Origin: Kudoa neothunni
Taxonomy: Eukaryota; Animalia; Cnidaria
Length of the DNA stretch: 64,000 bases
NCBI GenBank assembly: GCA_964304625.1
Contig: OZ199838.1
Location: forward strand, 12,343,843-12,407,842
Reading direction: 5' to 3'
Shown: one piece after another, positions 1-11,882 of the stretch
How positions within the stretch are numbered: position 1 is the first letter of the stretch
Layout: each line of letters begins with the position of its first letter
Notes under the pieces: generated by a model
Seen by the model: only the letters and a program-made list of their open reading frames with translations
Told to the model about the DNA's origin: nothing
The model's database searches: none
Translations under genes and position numbers: made by a program

Positions 1-288
1 ACCCACGAGAGGTGGATTTGATTTCAAAAGTTCAAGCCGAATTGGATGACACCAAGTTGATTGTTGTATGTTATGGTTGTTAGCCTAGAATTTTTTGATT
101 TTTTTTACAGTGTGATACCATTGAAAAGGTTTTAAACAGAGGTGAGAAATTGGACGATCTTGTGGCTAAATCTGAGGGACTAAGTCAGCAGTCTAAACTC
201 TTCTACAAAACAGTATGTCAATAGCGTGATATTCTTTTTTTACATTTTATAGGCAAAAAAAACGAATTCATGTTGTGGAGGATTATAA
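1..288 (+). CDS. YKT6: R-SNARE Ykt6, 3' part (partial at window edge)
   Basis: Splicing GT-AG introns 66-110 and 213-252 gives [21 protein letters not shown]|[34 protein letters not shown]|[11 protein letters not shown], matching the Ykt6 SNARE core and CC-xxx prenylation tail. Confidence 0.95.
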
Positions 289-419
289 TTTTATATGTTT
301 TTTATTGTTATAATTCTTGTTGTTTTAAAGAATTTTATTTTTTGAGAAAATAATATTTTTACCACTTATTCCTAAAATATAACTATGTAAAAGATATTTT
401 CTGAAAGAGCGCAAATTTT

Positions 420-900
420 ATGACATGGTCACAACTCGCTGAAAACTGTACTGTACACACGCATCAATCTCATGTAAAAACTGTTTCAGGGCATTAGGCT
501 TGTTATATTTCATATTAAGTCTTTGATTATTTTTTATTTCAAAATAATAATTAGTTCTTTTAAATGGAAGAAAAAAGACACAAGACCGTTATATCATTAT
601 AAACGCAGAAAGGGAGGATAAAATTATAGTATGATGATTATTTTTATGTAAATGACCACAAATCTAGTTCAAACCAATATTGGAGACGTGGGAAACATGC
701 TTGTAAAGGACGTCTTATCATTCCTCTTTTGCCAAATATCTTCTTTTTTCAAGAAAAGTGCGACCATAATCACGTTTTTACGGATTATAATATTAAATAT
801 GGCAAATTATTAACGATATAATTAAAAAAAAATGTTGTAACTACAAAATATTCAGAGAGCAGGGTCTACTCACATGTAACTTAAAATATTGTTATCAATG
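420..900 (+). mobile_element. Degenerate FLYWCH-type Mutator (MULE) 5' fragment
   Basis: Stop-interrupted frame DDYFYVNDHKSSSNQYWRRGKHACKGRL...CDHNH; an inverted homologous copy lies at about 21650-22052, both starting ATGACATGG. Right boundary approximate. Confidence 0.7.
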
Positions 901-1149
901 AAACGCATACAATTCCAGTAAATATCATTTTAAAAAGGAAATATATTAATACCACAAAGCTATGATAAATATTATTCTAAATACAGTGACTTATGGGTTG
1001 TTCGTAATGATTTTGATTACCCACGACCCAACTTGGCGCTTGTAAAACAAAAATTTACAAAATTAGGACATATTTTGACCAATTAGCATATTCTTTAGTT
1101 GAATATTGCGATAATTTTTAATATAAATGATTTTAATTCGAAGATATAC

Positions 1150-1390
1150 CAAAAATGCATTATGCGAAAAGTTAAATCTTTTTGTAAACCCATAAACCAG
1201 TTAGTAGATACAGGTATTGACTGCGAGGCAAGATAAGGAATTCAACAACTTTACTGATAAATGATTATTGAGCATCCTCTATTCTTTCCCTGATCAATTA
1301 AATCCACCATTTCATTTGTAGATCAATACTGGTTTTTGCGTCCAAAACCGAAATACTTTAGCTTGCGGTTAATGACATTTTTTTCTCTTT
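1150..1390 (-). mobile_element. pogo/CENP-B-like transposase HTH remnant
   Basis: Broken minus-strand frame GRKNQ...MVDLIDQGKNRGCSI...STNWFMGLQK resembles a CENP-B type HTH. Confidence 0.35.
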
Positions 1391-2099
1391 ATTTAGTAAC
1401 GTTAGATAAAAAGTGAGGTTAATATATTTAAGTATCAAATATACGTATTATTTTATTCTAATTACTGTTAAGATTCATAAAAGAAAAACATTAACCAAAG
1501 AATGTCTTCGAATGCTAAAAATAACCTTTTAGATAACGTTCAGTCAACTTGTTTCAAGCGTTTCTCCTATCTCATCTAATAATCTTTTTGGGTGAATTAG
1601 TAGCCCTATATTTTTTAGCCAAATCACTTAGCGCTAACCTCTGAATTGTTAAATTCTCGAAAACTCCTTTTCGGTCTTATCTTTTGTTAATGACAAGATG
1701 GCAATAAAGAGCTCTCTTATCTCCAGGATGATGCATTTTTCTTGACATATTGAATACCGCATGATTCAGATCTAGTATCCACATTTTCTCCATCCGAGTG
1801 ATTTTCTTAATTTGGAACAGAACAATCGTTATAATGTTAAAACAACTAATCTGTATGTTTATAATAATATTCAGCAGATCTTGCTTTTACATCAAAGATC
1901 ATTATTTCAGATTTAGCGGTTGATTTACTGGCTACTTTTTGATAATATTTCATTAATTCTACTTTTGGGATGGAGTTAAATTATTTTTACACCTGTTGAC
2001 GCATGAGTCAAAATCTCCTTTTTTATGAAGAAAATCTATTACGTCGGCGCGTGCGCGGCTTGCACAAAAAAAATGTTATATTAAATAACTTTTTCGCTA

Positions 2100-3540
2100 A
2101 TATTTTAATAAATACAATAAAATTTCAAATTAGCCTCCAGTTATACACCATCGATATAGATTCTAGGTAAAAGAGTCCATAATATGTGTCATATTTGAGA
2201 CAAATTTGTTTGATATTTTCCATCTTTATCTGGTGGCTTTTATCTCTAACAAAGCGTTTGGGGTGGCACATACGATATTGAATATCTTGTTCTGTGTTTC
2301 TTTTAATCTATCGATAAAAGTTTGTAATCCAGAATGTGATTGTTCAAATCGTTTGTGAAAATGGCAGTTAAACGACTCAGCCGAGTTTGTGGTCAAACAA
2401 ATATCATTTACAGTTCGATTAAAGGCATTCTAAGAATCTATTGGATATTTCTGAGAATTTATAAAATTCTTCTCAAAATATTGTACAAAACCTTCGAGGT
2501 TGGCTGTCTTTAATGTTGATATTTTTAATTTTAATTTAGCCGATTCAATTTTGACGTGCGGAATAGGAACAAACGCTAATGAAAGAAAACATTTCATCAT
2601 TAATTTAAATTCGGAATTTTGATTATATATTGTAGTAAGTCCCTCCTTTTGAATTCTTCGCCAGATACACTGGCCAAAGTGGAACAAACAAAATTGAATA
2701 TTAGTTTCCTTTGATGCTTTTTAAAAAGCATTATAAGATTGTATTTTAAAGTCAATTATTAAAGAACTTGGAAATCGAACATCATTTTTTGTTAAAAATT
2801 CAAGAAAACTAGTGTATGATTTTTCAGTTTTAGTTTTCATTAATACGAATACCAACGGGAAGTCTTTATCAAAAATTTTACCATGGATGACATAGAGTTG
2901 CGTGAACTCTTTTGGTACAACTTTGAATGTACCGTCTTAAATCCAGATATCAGAGTTCCGTAGGTGGCATAAATTTGTTTCCGTTGAAAATATGACCAAA
3001 CGGCCTGGGTCGTTTGACCCTGAATCGTATAAACAAAACTTTTCATCCCTTAACGAACGAATATCATGATCCAATAGACTTACTTCATGATTTATTTCAA
3101 TTGAATTCCGTTTACGGATGTTTAGTATACCTCTATAAATATACTTTTTAGGAACCAATGGTAGATTGTTGATCTGCTCTTTGTTTGTGGCCATTTAATA
3201 AATTTTGTTGGTTGGATAACTGGTTTTCTCAGCCACACCCTTTACTTTGTCATAAAGGATAGCTTTTTTTATTTCATTTTTGGACACGGTATGGTTATGG
3301 TAACCAGTTTCATTAATTTCTGGCACTTCACTGTCAATAACGGTTCTCAGTCGACCCTTACAGCCGCGCGATTGACATCTCCAATATTGAAGTTTGTCTC
3401 TAGCATAGTCCTTTGTGTAAAAATAACCATTATAGAGAATTTTATCGCTATTCTTGGAGATCTTAAGCATAATATAACTAGGCCCATCAATCTGCTCATC
3501 GTTCATTTTCTGTTTAAATTAAAAATTACCGCGCGCACCT
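2100..3540 (-). mobile_element. FLYWCH-MULE transposase pseudogene
   Basis: ORF 3195-3506 has a FLYWCH motif (YNGYFY..YWRCQSRGCKGRL..HNH); downstream pieces NSDIWI(*)DGTF, CLFHFGQCIWRRIQ and TTNSAESFN are MULE transposase motifs; stops and frameshifts present. Confidence 0.85.
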
Positions 3541-3595
3541 AGTTGAACTGACGTTTTTACTTCTCCGGCATTTTTACCTCACGCCGTAAATAATG

Positions 3596-3770
3596 TATGT
3601 CCTCGTTGTGGAATGCAGACGAATTTAGTGAATTTCTAAAATATTGACAGTTGTATTTGGAGATGTCGTCTGAATGGTTGCTAAACTTCGACGACTCAAA
3701 ATATTTGATTTGATGAATTCCACTGCAAGTTCTCGAAGAAAATATTATCACCGATTTACTTCGCAGTCAT
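3596..3770 (+). mobile_element. Merlin/ISXO2-like transposase N-terminal zinc-ribbon fragment
   Basis: CPRCGMQTNL...DSCIWRCRLNGC...KKILSPIYF with stops. Confidence 0.5.
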
Positions 3771-4056
3771 CGAGGTATGACTGTAATATGCCACTAATGT
3801 TATCAAGTTTATAGTGTGTGAGTTACATTTTCTAGATATTGATTAATTTATGCTTTATTGCGATATTACGTACGGCTCATAATTGCGCACTACTCCTATG
3901 TTACTGTTTATCCGGAATCAATATCTAAAAAATGTAATTAAATGTTATAATAATTTCAAACCATGATGTTATTTTTGTGTGAAACATTCTTTTATTATTT
4001 TCGCACATGTTTAGTCACAGGTCGCCTCGCGCAGATTTAAACGGCGAGTTTTACAC

Positions 4057-5038
4057 TAGGGGTGCACAAACTGCGATCCGCGGGTCTAATCCGGCCTCAA
4101 TGAGCTTTTTATGGCCCGTGATGAACCCTAATTAAGTTCAAATTAATGGTATAATTTTAAATAAATTGAAAAAAACTTTAGATTATTAAACTTCAATTGG
4201 TTTATTTAGATATTGAATATATCGAGAACATCTAATGAAGCTACTAAAAAAATTTATTCGAGTTTTCTATTATATGTGAACCGTTATAACGAAACATCAA
4301 AAGAATCTCTAAATATGCAAAAAAAATTTATTTATACTAGACATCTCACCATTCTATATAGAAAAGATTTATTAATAGAAGTTCATGTGTCAATTTTAGT
4401 TAATCTTCCTGAGTGTGTATGAGGGAGAAGAAAATTATACAGGTACAGGCACTGGGCGGATTTATGATTTAAAAATTTGCTTGATAATGATGACCCGAAG
4501 TTTAAGTTCAGTTAAACTAAGATTAATAATTAAAGTACGTTTTATAAACTATGCGAAATAATAAGGTATTTATAATATGAGTAAAAATCAAAGATTTAGA
4601 AAAATTTCTACAGGAGAAATAAAAAAACTTTGAACCATAGGATAAACATCAGTTAGAGCTGATAATGAGCACATAACCATTTTTCTCACCCAGGCATATC
4701 TCATATTTAATTCAGCTTATATTTATTTTATTTCCAAGCTAAAATGGCTGAGATTCGAAAAAAAAATTTATGATGAGAATAGAAAATTTAATGACATCTG
4801 GGCAGGAAAATATTGCACTATTCAACAGGGGACGAATATTATTTGTTTCCTACGGCATTCGTTATTCACTTTAAAACATGTAGCAAACAATATTTATGGA
4901 TTTTTTTGAATATTGCGTTTCAAAATTCGTGAATTTGTCCAAAGTATGAGCTGTGACATTAGTTTTAAACTTTCCGACCCCTGAAAGTTTTCGAAAATTA
5001 AAATTTGGCCCGAGGCTCCAAAAGAGTGTGCACAATTA
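4057..5038 (+). mobile_element. Non-autonomous hAT (Buster/SPIN-like) element, copy A
   Basis: TIRs TAGGGGTGCAC / GTGCACAATTA; 8-bp TSD TTTTACAC at 4049-4056 and 5039-5046; keeps a transposase N-terminus (DENRKFNDIW..ICFL, about 4744-4880). Confidence 0.92.
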
Positions 5039-5339
5039 TTTTACACGATTACTCCGACCACACTTAACAATTTTATAAATCCTTACAATTAAAAATTCTA
5101 AGTCAGCATATTCATTAGAAAATTATATCTACTTCACAATCATATAATAATGTTTATTTATAGTTTTCATATCCAACTCAGAGTAAATTATTAATCCGCG
5201 CACGCTCGTATGTGAAGAAAAATGCCAATGCAACTGAAAAATTAAACAAACCGCAGTACTCAAATTTGATGAATAACTAGTGCATATTTTTCTAAATAGA
5301 GTTTGACAACTTTATATATTCCACATCAGAACTAAGACG

Positions 5340-7401
5340 TTAACGGACCATTAAGGCAATCTATAATATAATAGTTGCAAATAGCGACGTAATTTAAACG
5401 AAGCAAATATTGAAAATACGTCAGTGACAGGATCCAATGGAGCACACTTCCAATTATAAATATAGTAGTTTAAAATTCCATCTCCTCGGCCAAATTTAAG
5501 CTTGTTGAATTTTAATATATCTTCCATAATTAGAAGCGCATTGAAAACATCGAATCCCAACTAAAAGTATTAATTAGAAGACAACGATCGAACATGTAGA
5601 AATGATATTCCGGTTAACGTGTTTTTCCAAGCACAATTAATTATGTTATACTCTCACTCTCACATATAGAAACAACAATAATATAATAAGCTACATTCGT
5701 CGAGCTCATATTTCTACTCCTTACATACGAATACAAATTATGAGAATTAAAAATTATAGTGCACATCTTAAAACTCTCAAGTGCGGAGATTAAGTAATTT
5801 CCCTCATTCAAACCCATCCAATCATGAAATCAAGCGACAGATGTCAGAATAAAAAAATACATTTTTTGCAACTATCAAAGCCTCGTTGAGCAGAACGTCG
5901 AGAGGAGTGACCGTATTTGCAAAGTAGAACAAATAGGCAACATTAAGCTTTTTGTGTACTGGATGGGACAGCACAGTGGAGTTCAAAGTATAGAAACTAA
6001 TAAAATCTGTCACTACTCCATTATTCTATTTTATTCGAAATATTTCAAATACAACAACACATCCGCCAATTACTTCCACCACATAGGAGTAAACCACATT
6101 CTCGTACTTGGGAAGAAAATAATGCCTAATTTTATCCTATTCAATCGAATAGGAGGGAATATAACAACTAACAACAATTACGTTGCATTACCTCATTGAA
6201 AATTTGATGTAGTTTATATTTGGATAAAAACTATGTTCAAATTCAATTTAAAAATTTCATCAAACCACAAATACATCAACCAAAAGTTTAGTAACGCTTG
6301 CCAAATCTTTGGATTTCAGCGGTCTAAAACCTTTCAAATTTTGTTCCTATTTGTGGTTGATTCAGCTAAATTATCTCCATAATTCAACTACTGATGGTAT
6401 ATGAAAATATTTTTCTGCCATTTTTAATGTCATATTCCCTGGAAGGGTGTAAAAATTGGTCTGAAGTAATTTTTTCACGTTTATATTTCGATGTAGATAG
6501 CTAAATGACGTTAGTTATTGTAGATAGACAAACGGAATTAATTACTTAGTGCTTGAGATAGGTTTTGAAAACAACAATCCAGCAGTGTGTATAGCTTGAA
6601 AGATACCCTTTAGATTCACTCTTCGTGTGACTTCTTGTATGAGTATAGGTGCCATTCGTTTACCTCGTAAAGTGGTTTTCAAACAAAGATAATTGATCTC
6701 AACCGAATTTAACAACCTAAAAAATAATGTTACCAAGAAAAATCCAAATTTACATAGGCGAGTGTATACGTGCCACGAATCATGAATTTCACTGGTACTG
6801 CACTAATAAAACCAACCAACTCGTTGGAATCTTCAGATCTTATGCCTACACTCCAATTGTCTTTGTAACCAGGTGGAGTCATAACCCTATTTTAGATTTT
6901 TAGAAAAAACCACTTATCGTACTATTTACCACAGCAAAAATGATCGAGAGTAATCAAACCGAAACAACATATCCTTATCTGCAACATAATTATACGTTAG
7001 TAGATCGTACAATTCATCCAACTGTATATATGTATATTATATTTTAGAAATTCTCTAAAAGCTAAAAGAAATCCCACCTGCTTGGAATCATTCAAATTAA
7101 CATCATCCCAATAAAATCCGTCAGGTAGAGGATAAGGATTGGTAGGTATTTTATTTTTTTCTGGTTTTCCTTTCATAGGCTCGTTTACTGTAGAATCAAT
7201 TTTAGTGTTTATCTTGCTTACTGGTTGGGTTTCCCAAAATTCATGCTTTTTCTCTTTTTTGGATTCCTTCTCTAATACCATACTCGACAAATAACTATTG
7301 ATCAGTTGATTCTGTTCCTCTTTGCTAAGTTCTGTTTTGGATTTTGGTGTATTTTCTTTATAACCATTAAGGTTACTATCGTTATCTTCTTTATTAGCCA
7401 T
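5340..7401 (-). CDS. NMT1: Glycylpeptide N-tetradecanoyltransferase (N-myristoyltransferase), multi-exon
   Basis: [65 protein letters not shown]; introns mostly about 40-60 nt plus one of 300 nt (5561-5860); inferred last exon 5340-5360 encodes IALMVR*. Confidence 0.95.
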
Positions 7402-7452
7402 GGTGAAATCAATTATGGCTCAATTAGTGTAGTAAATTTAAGAACTTATAAA

Positions 7453-7464
7453 TGCGCATGTGCA
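7453..7464. promoter_or_regulatory. NRF1-like GCGCATG(C/T)G element upstream of NMT
   Basis: TGCGCATGTGCA 52 bp upstream of the ATG; similar motifs lie before other genes in the window. Confidence 0.5.
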
Positions 7465-8071
7465 CACACGATGTACGAATTTAGATTATCCTGTTATTTG
7501 TGAAGTGATTAGTCATTGGGGATCGATTCAACTTTTATTTGTTAATTCACTCGATAATTTTCTTGCAACCTAGATATTTAAAAGTTGGACTGTCAACCGC
7601 TTGTTATTCCAAAGCTAAATAACAAACCTTATACCCCACCTCTCTAAAATCTAATTCAAGGTATCCTACCCAAAAACCTTATAACAAAGGATTAACATTA
7701 GATCCGAGAAATGCGATTATTATTATAGTACAACAACCACTATATTTAGTGTAGTACGTAGATGGGGTTTTAAGAGTTACTACATTTTAATAAACCACTA
7801 TTTTAAATCAAAACTCGCTTACTTAAATTAATGATAACTTTTTAAAGATACTCATCTGTTTTTGAATTTTATTTTATTAACATAAATATTGGTTTTAATT
7901 CATATATAACATAATTCAATGTATACAATGATTCAAAGCTTTCAGTAGCAGAGAACTTTCTAGTTGTAAACATCGGGTTAATTATTTAATTTGTTGAAGC
8001 AGTATCATTTTTGACATTAAAATATGCTGTCTCACATTTAAATTATTTACACAGGTTTTATCATGATAGAC

Positions 8072-10212
8072 CAAAGGTTATCAACCTTTCTTCCTTGGGG
8101 TCCCTAATGTATTCAATAAACCTATCACGGACCTCATCCTGTTTTAATGTAATGGTGCACACTCTTTTGGAGCCTCGGGCCAAATTTTAATTTTCGAAAA
8201 CTTTCAGGGGTCGGAAAGTTTAAAACTAATGTCACAGCTCATACTTTGGACAAATTCACGAATTTTGAAACGCAATATTCAAAAAAATCCATAAATATTG
8301 TTTGCTACATGTTTTAAAGTGAATAACGAATGCCGTAGGAAACAAATAATATTCGTCCCCTGTTGAATAGTGCAATATTTTCCTGCCCAGATGTCATTAA
8401 ATTTTCTATTCTCATCATAAATTTTTTTTTCGAATCTCAGCCATTTTAGCTTGGAAATAAAATAAATATAAGCTGAATTAAATATGAGATATGCCTGGGT
8501 GAGAAAAATGGTTATGTGCTCATTATCAGCTCTAACTGATGTTTATCCTATGGTTCAAAGTTTTTTTATTTCTCCTGTAGAAATTTTTCTAAATCTTTGA
8601 TTTTTACTCATATTATAAATACCTTATTATTTCGCATAGTTTATAAAACGTACTTTAATTATTAATCTTAGTTTAACTGAACTTAAACTTCGGGTCATCA
8701 TTATCAAGCAAATTTTTAAATCATAAATCCGCCCAGTGCCTGTACCTGTATAATTTTCTTCTCCCTCATACACACTCAGGAAGATTAACTAAAATTGACA
8801 CATGAACTTCTATTAATAAATCTTTTCTATATAGAATGGTGAGATGTCTAGTATAAATAAATTTTTTTTGCATATTTAGAGATTCTTTTGATGTTTCGTT
8901 ATAACGGTTCACATATAATAGAAAACTCGAATAAATTTTTTTAGTAGCTTCATTAGATGTTCTCGATATATTCAATATCTAAATAAACCAATTGAAGTTT
9001 AATAATCTAAAGTTTTTTTCAATTTATTTAAAATTATACCATTAATTTGAACTTAATTAGGGTTCATCACGGGCCATAAAAAGCTCATTGAGAGCCGGAG
9101 TTTGTGCATCCCTGTTTTAATGCCTAATCCAATCATACATTTAGTACTTTATCCCTTTCGCGCCAATTGTTCATGCTAGTGGATCGATTAAAAAGATTTA
9201 AATATTTTGTTAAATTAGTTATTTTTAAAGTAGTAAAATTAGAATTGTATATAATTTTAACATTAGTTTAATTGAAAAAATTCTCGACACAAAAGAAAAA
9301 TTTTGGAACGAAGGAGTTAAATTATTAATCAAATAACACAAATTTTATCAAAATATTCATTATATGAATTAATTTTGTAGTGGTTTTGATTAAATTTATA
9401 TATAACAATTATTAATCACTAAGACATGAATTACGTTTGGTATTAAAACAAAAAATTAACAACTATGAATGAAATCCTTCCCTATTTTGTTTTATAAATT
9501 ATTAAACTTTTAACCAAGTATAAACAATGACGCATAATATTTTAAAATATAAAATTTAATGAAATTTGTTTAATTATTGTATATACTTGTTTAAAAGTAA
9601 AATCCATATGAAAATTTCGTAGTGCAACATGTTCTTTAATTATAATTGAAACATTTTTACTATATAAAATATCTATTTTTGTTAATTAATTTGTTTATTA
9701 TAATAAAAAATCAACAAAGGAGGTATTATTTTAGAACAGAATGTGAGTTTAATCCAAAAACCTATAATTTTATAAATAATAGGTATTAAAAGAGTATTTA
9801 CTGAGATTTTTGTAGTTTCTATTTATCATAAGTTCACAGAATTCTGACAAATTATTTGAAAGAGCAACATGTATGTAGGCATTTCGTGACATTTTAAGGT
9901 AACCGGCATGAAAATCTAGTTTAGCAATAATAGGCTCTTGTAAAAGAAGTAATCATTCAAACTGCATAACCTGTAACATTAAGAAATATTTATTGGAAAC
10001 TTTTGTTTTTATAGATTTTTTTAAGAAATAAATAATAACGCGAGGTAATTTTGTAATGAATAAAAAATATATATCATCCAATAATTACGTTAATGTTTAA
10101 AATATCTAATTATTATGAGTATAAAATAATAAAATTGGATTCAGATTTTATTGAAATCACTTACCGGTCATCTTGGATTTGTGCTCGGATCACCCAAGGT
10201 TAAGAACCGCTG
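8072..10212. mobile_element. Older SPIN/Buster-like non-autonomous hAT hosting copy B
   Basis: Left end CAAAGGTTATCAACC versus reverse-complemented right end CAGCGGTTCTTAACC; flanks TGATAGAC/ATCTAAAC are a degenerate nnnTAnnn TSD. Confidence 0.55.
8150..9114 (-). mobile_element. Non-autonomous hAT element, copy B (inverted near-identical copy of 4057-5038)
   Basis: Reverse complement of copy A, with an identical 69-aa ORF; own 8-bp TSD TTTTAATG at 8142-8149 and 9115-9122. Confidence 0.92.
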
Positions 10213-11319
10213 ATCTAAACTGATAACAACCGCCAACTATATTATGTCGAGGCCTTACTGTGTATATGTTGACTAATACTTTAGAAACTGCACGAAATAA
10301 TAAATTATATTCCTCTTATTCACCATGATTACGTTCTTTTTATTACAATTTTCGTGTTTTAATCTAAAGCACGGAGAACGACTGATTGTCCATCGACACG
10401 CTGAATCGTTGCTGGACTTAACTGTTGTTAGTGAGCTGATCCAAAACCTTAAAATTTGTGGCATAATTATATTTTTAATAAAATTCCTAATATAGATAAA
10501 TTAAAATTATTTTCCCCACCCATAACAACAAAAAATAAGAATAAAAAGTCCAGTACAATCTTGTAAATAAAAACGACACAATGAATGACAGAGAGAACTA
10601 CATGGGGCGTACTAAGCCTTAAAAGAGGCTAGATATATACGCAGAGTTATTTCAGAGGATAGAAAATTCCCTCGCTGATAACTGATGATTGGTTACAAAA
10701 CCAACGAAATTTATTTTAAAAAATTAAAAATACTCTCATTATCTATGAACAAAATAAAAATATATGGATTATAGATTAAATTTAATAAGAATTATAAATT
10801 ACATTAGAAATATTATGAGATTTTCCAATTATTACATACAAGAAAAATTAAATGTAATATTGTGAAGTAATCCCGCCGCATTCATAAATCTTCCCCAGCA
10901 TGGTATGACATGGTGATTTACACGTATGAAAATGGAACGCCAACTAGTTTTTCTCTGTTATTCCAACCATGAGAGAGTTACGAAAATCATATCGTTTGTC
11001 GTAATTCAGATATAGTAAAACTCAACTTTAGTATTAATTAAAATTTTAGACACAGACTGAATGATTCACAATCATAAATAAGCATTTTTTAATTTTCCGT
11101 TAAATTAAAATTTTTCGAAAACTTTAGCTTGATCTCTAATCAAATTTACAAATTAAAATTTTAAATACAAACCTCATGTTATGCGTACGCAATCGAAAAA
11201 GACGCAACTAAAGTGTTCGCCTCGCCGTTCCCATGTTTCTAACTCGAATAGTACAATTCGTCAAATTAACACTCGTTAAAATTTAATCTCTTTATATATA
11301 GTTTGTTCGATACGATCGA

Positions 11320-11838
11320 ATGACTAGAATCAAACACATGCTCAAAAGTGAAGTGCTTCCAATGAATCATGAACGTAAAGATATGCATCCTTTGTGTTTC
11401 TTTCACATCACCGATCGATATCGTTACAATATATACGCATTGAAAGCAGCAGATCTAAAGGAGAAATATCTTGCGGAAGCAATTAGTGAATGTATAGTGC
11501 CTGTGACTGGTCGTAGAGACTTCATAGTTGTACCAGCGCTTGCATCTGTAACAAAGAAGCCAGTCGGTGTTACATTAGGTGAAGGAAGAGGTCCTGTGGT
11601 CGGTTACAAAGCTCGTGTTTTGAATGGTTGTTTGATTTTGTCATTTGACGCTGATTCTGATAAGGCCGCGGAAAAAGTGCTTGATAAGGTGATAGTGTGA
11701 TAACGGTAGTTGGAACTTAAATGCTTTTAGCTTAAAAGTGTTTTTCCCATACCAATCTATATGAAAAAACGAGTTGATTACTTCGATCGTAGACCGATGA
11801 CCGATCACGAATTGTTAGCAATTTTTGATAAACTTTAG
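11320..11838 (+). CDS. MRPL16: Mitochondrial ribosomal protein uL16m (divergent), 2 exons
   Basis: Intron 11689-11730; VPALASVTKKPVGVTLGEGRGPVVGYKARVLNGCLILSFD..AEKVLDK|LKSVFPIPI aligns with the uL16 core (P-x-T-x-KP..RMGKGKG..). Confidence 0.75.
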
Positions 11839-11882
11839 TTATTTTGCACGCATGCGTGTTTATTTTTTTAATTTTACGTGAA

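Noticed and set aside
4213-8975. Identical 69-aa ORFs at 4213 and 8766
   Set aside because: Incidental non-ATG frames inside the two MITE copies
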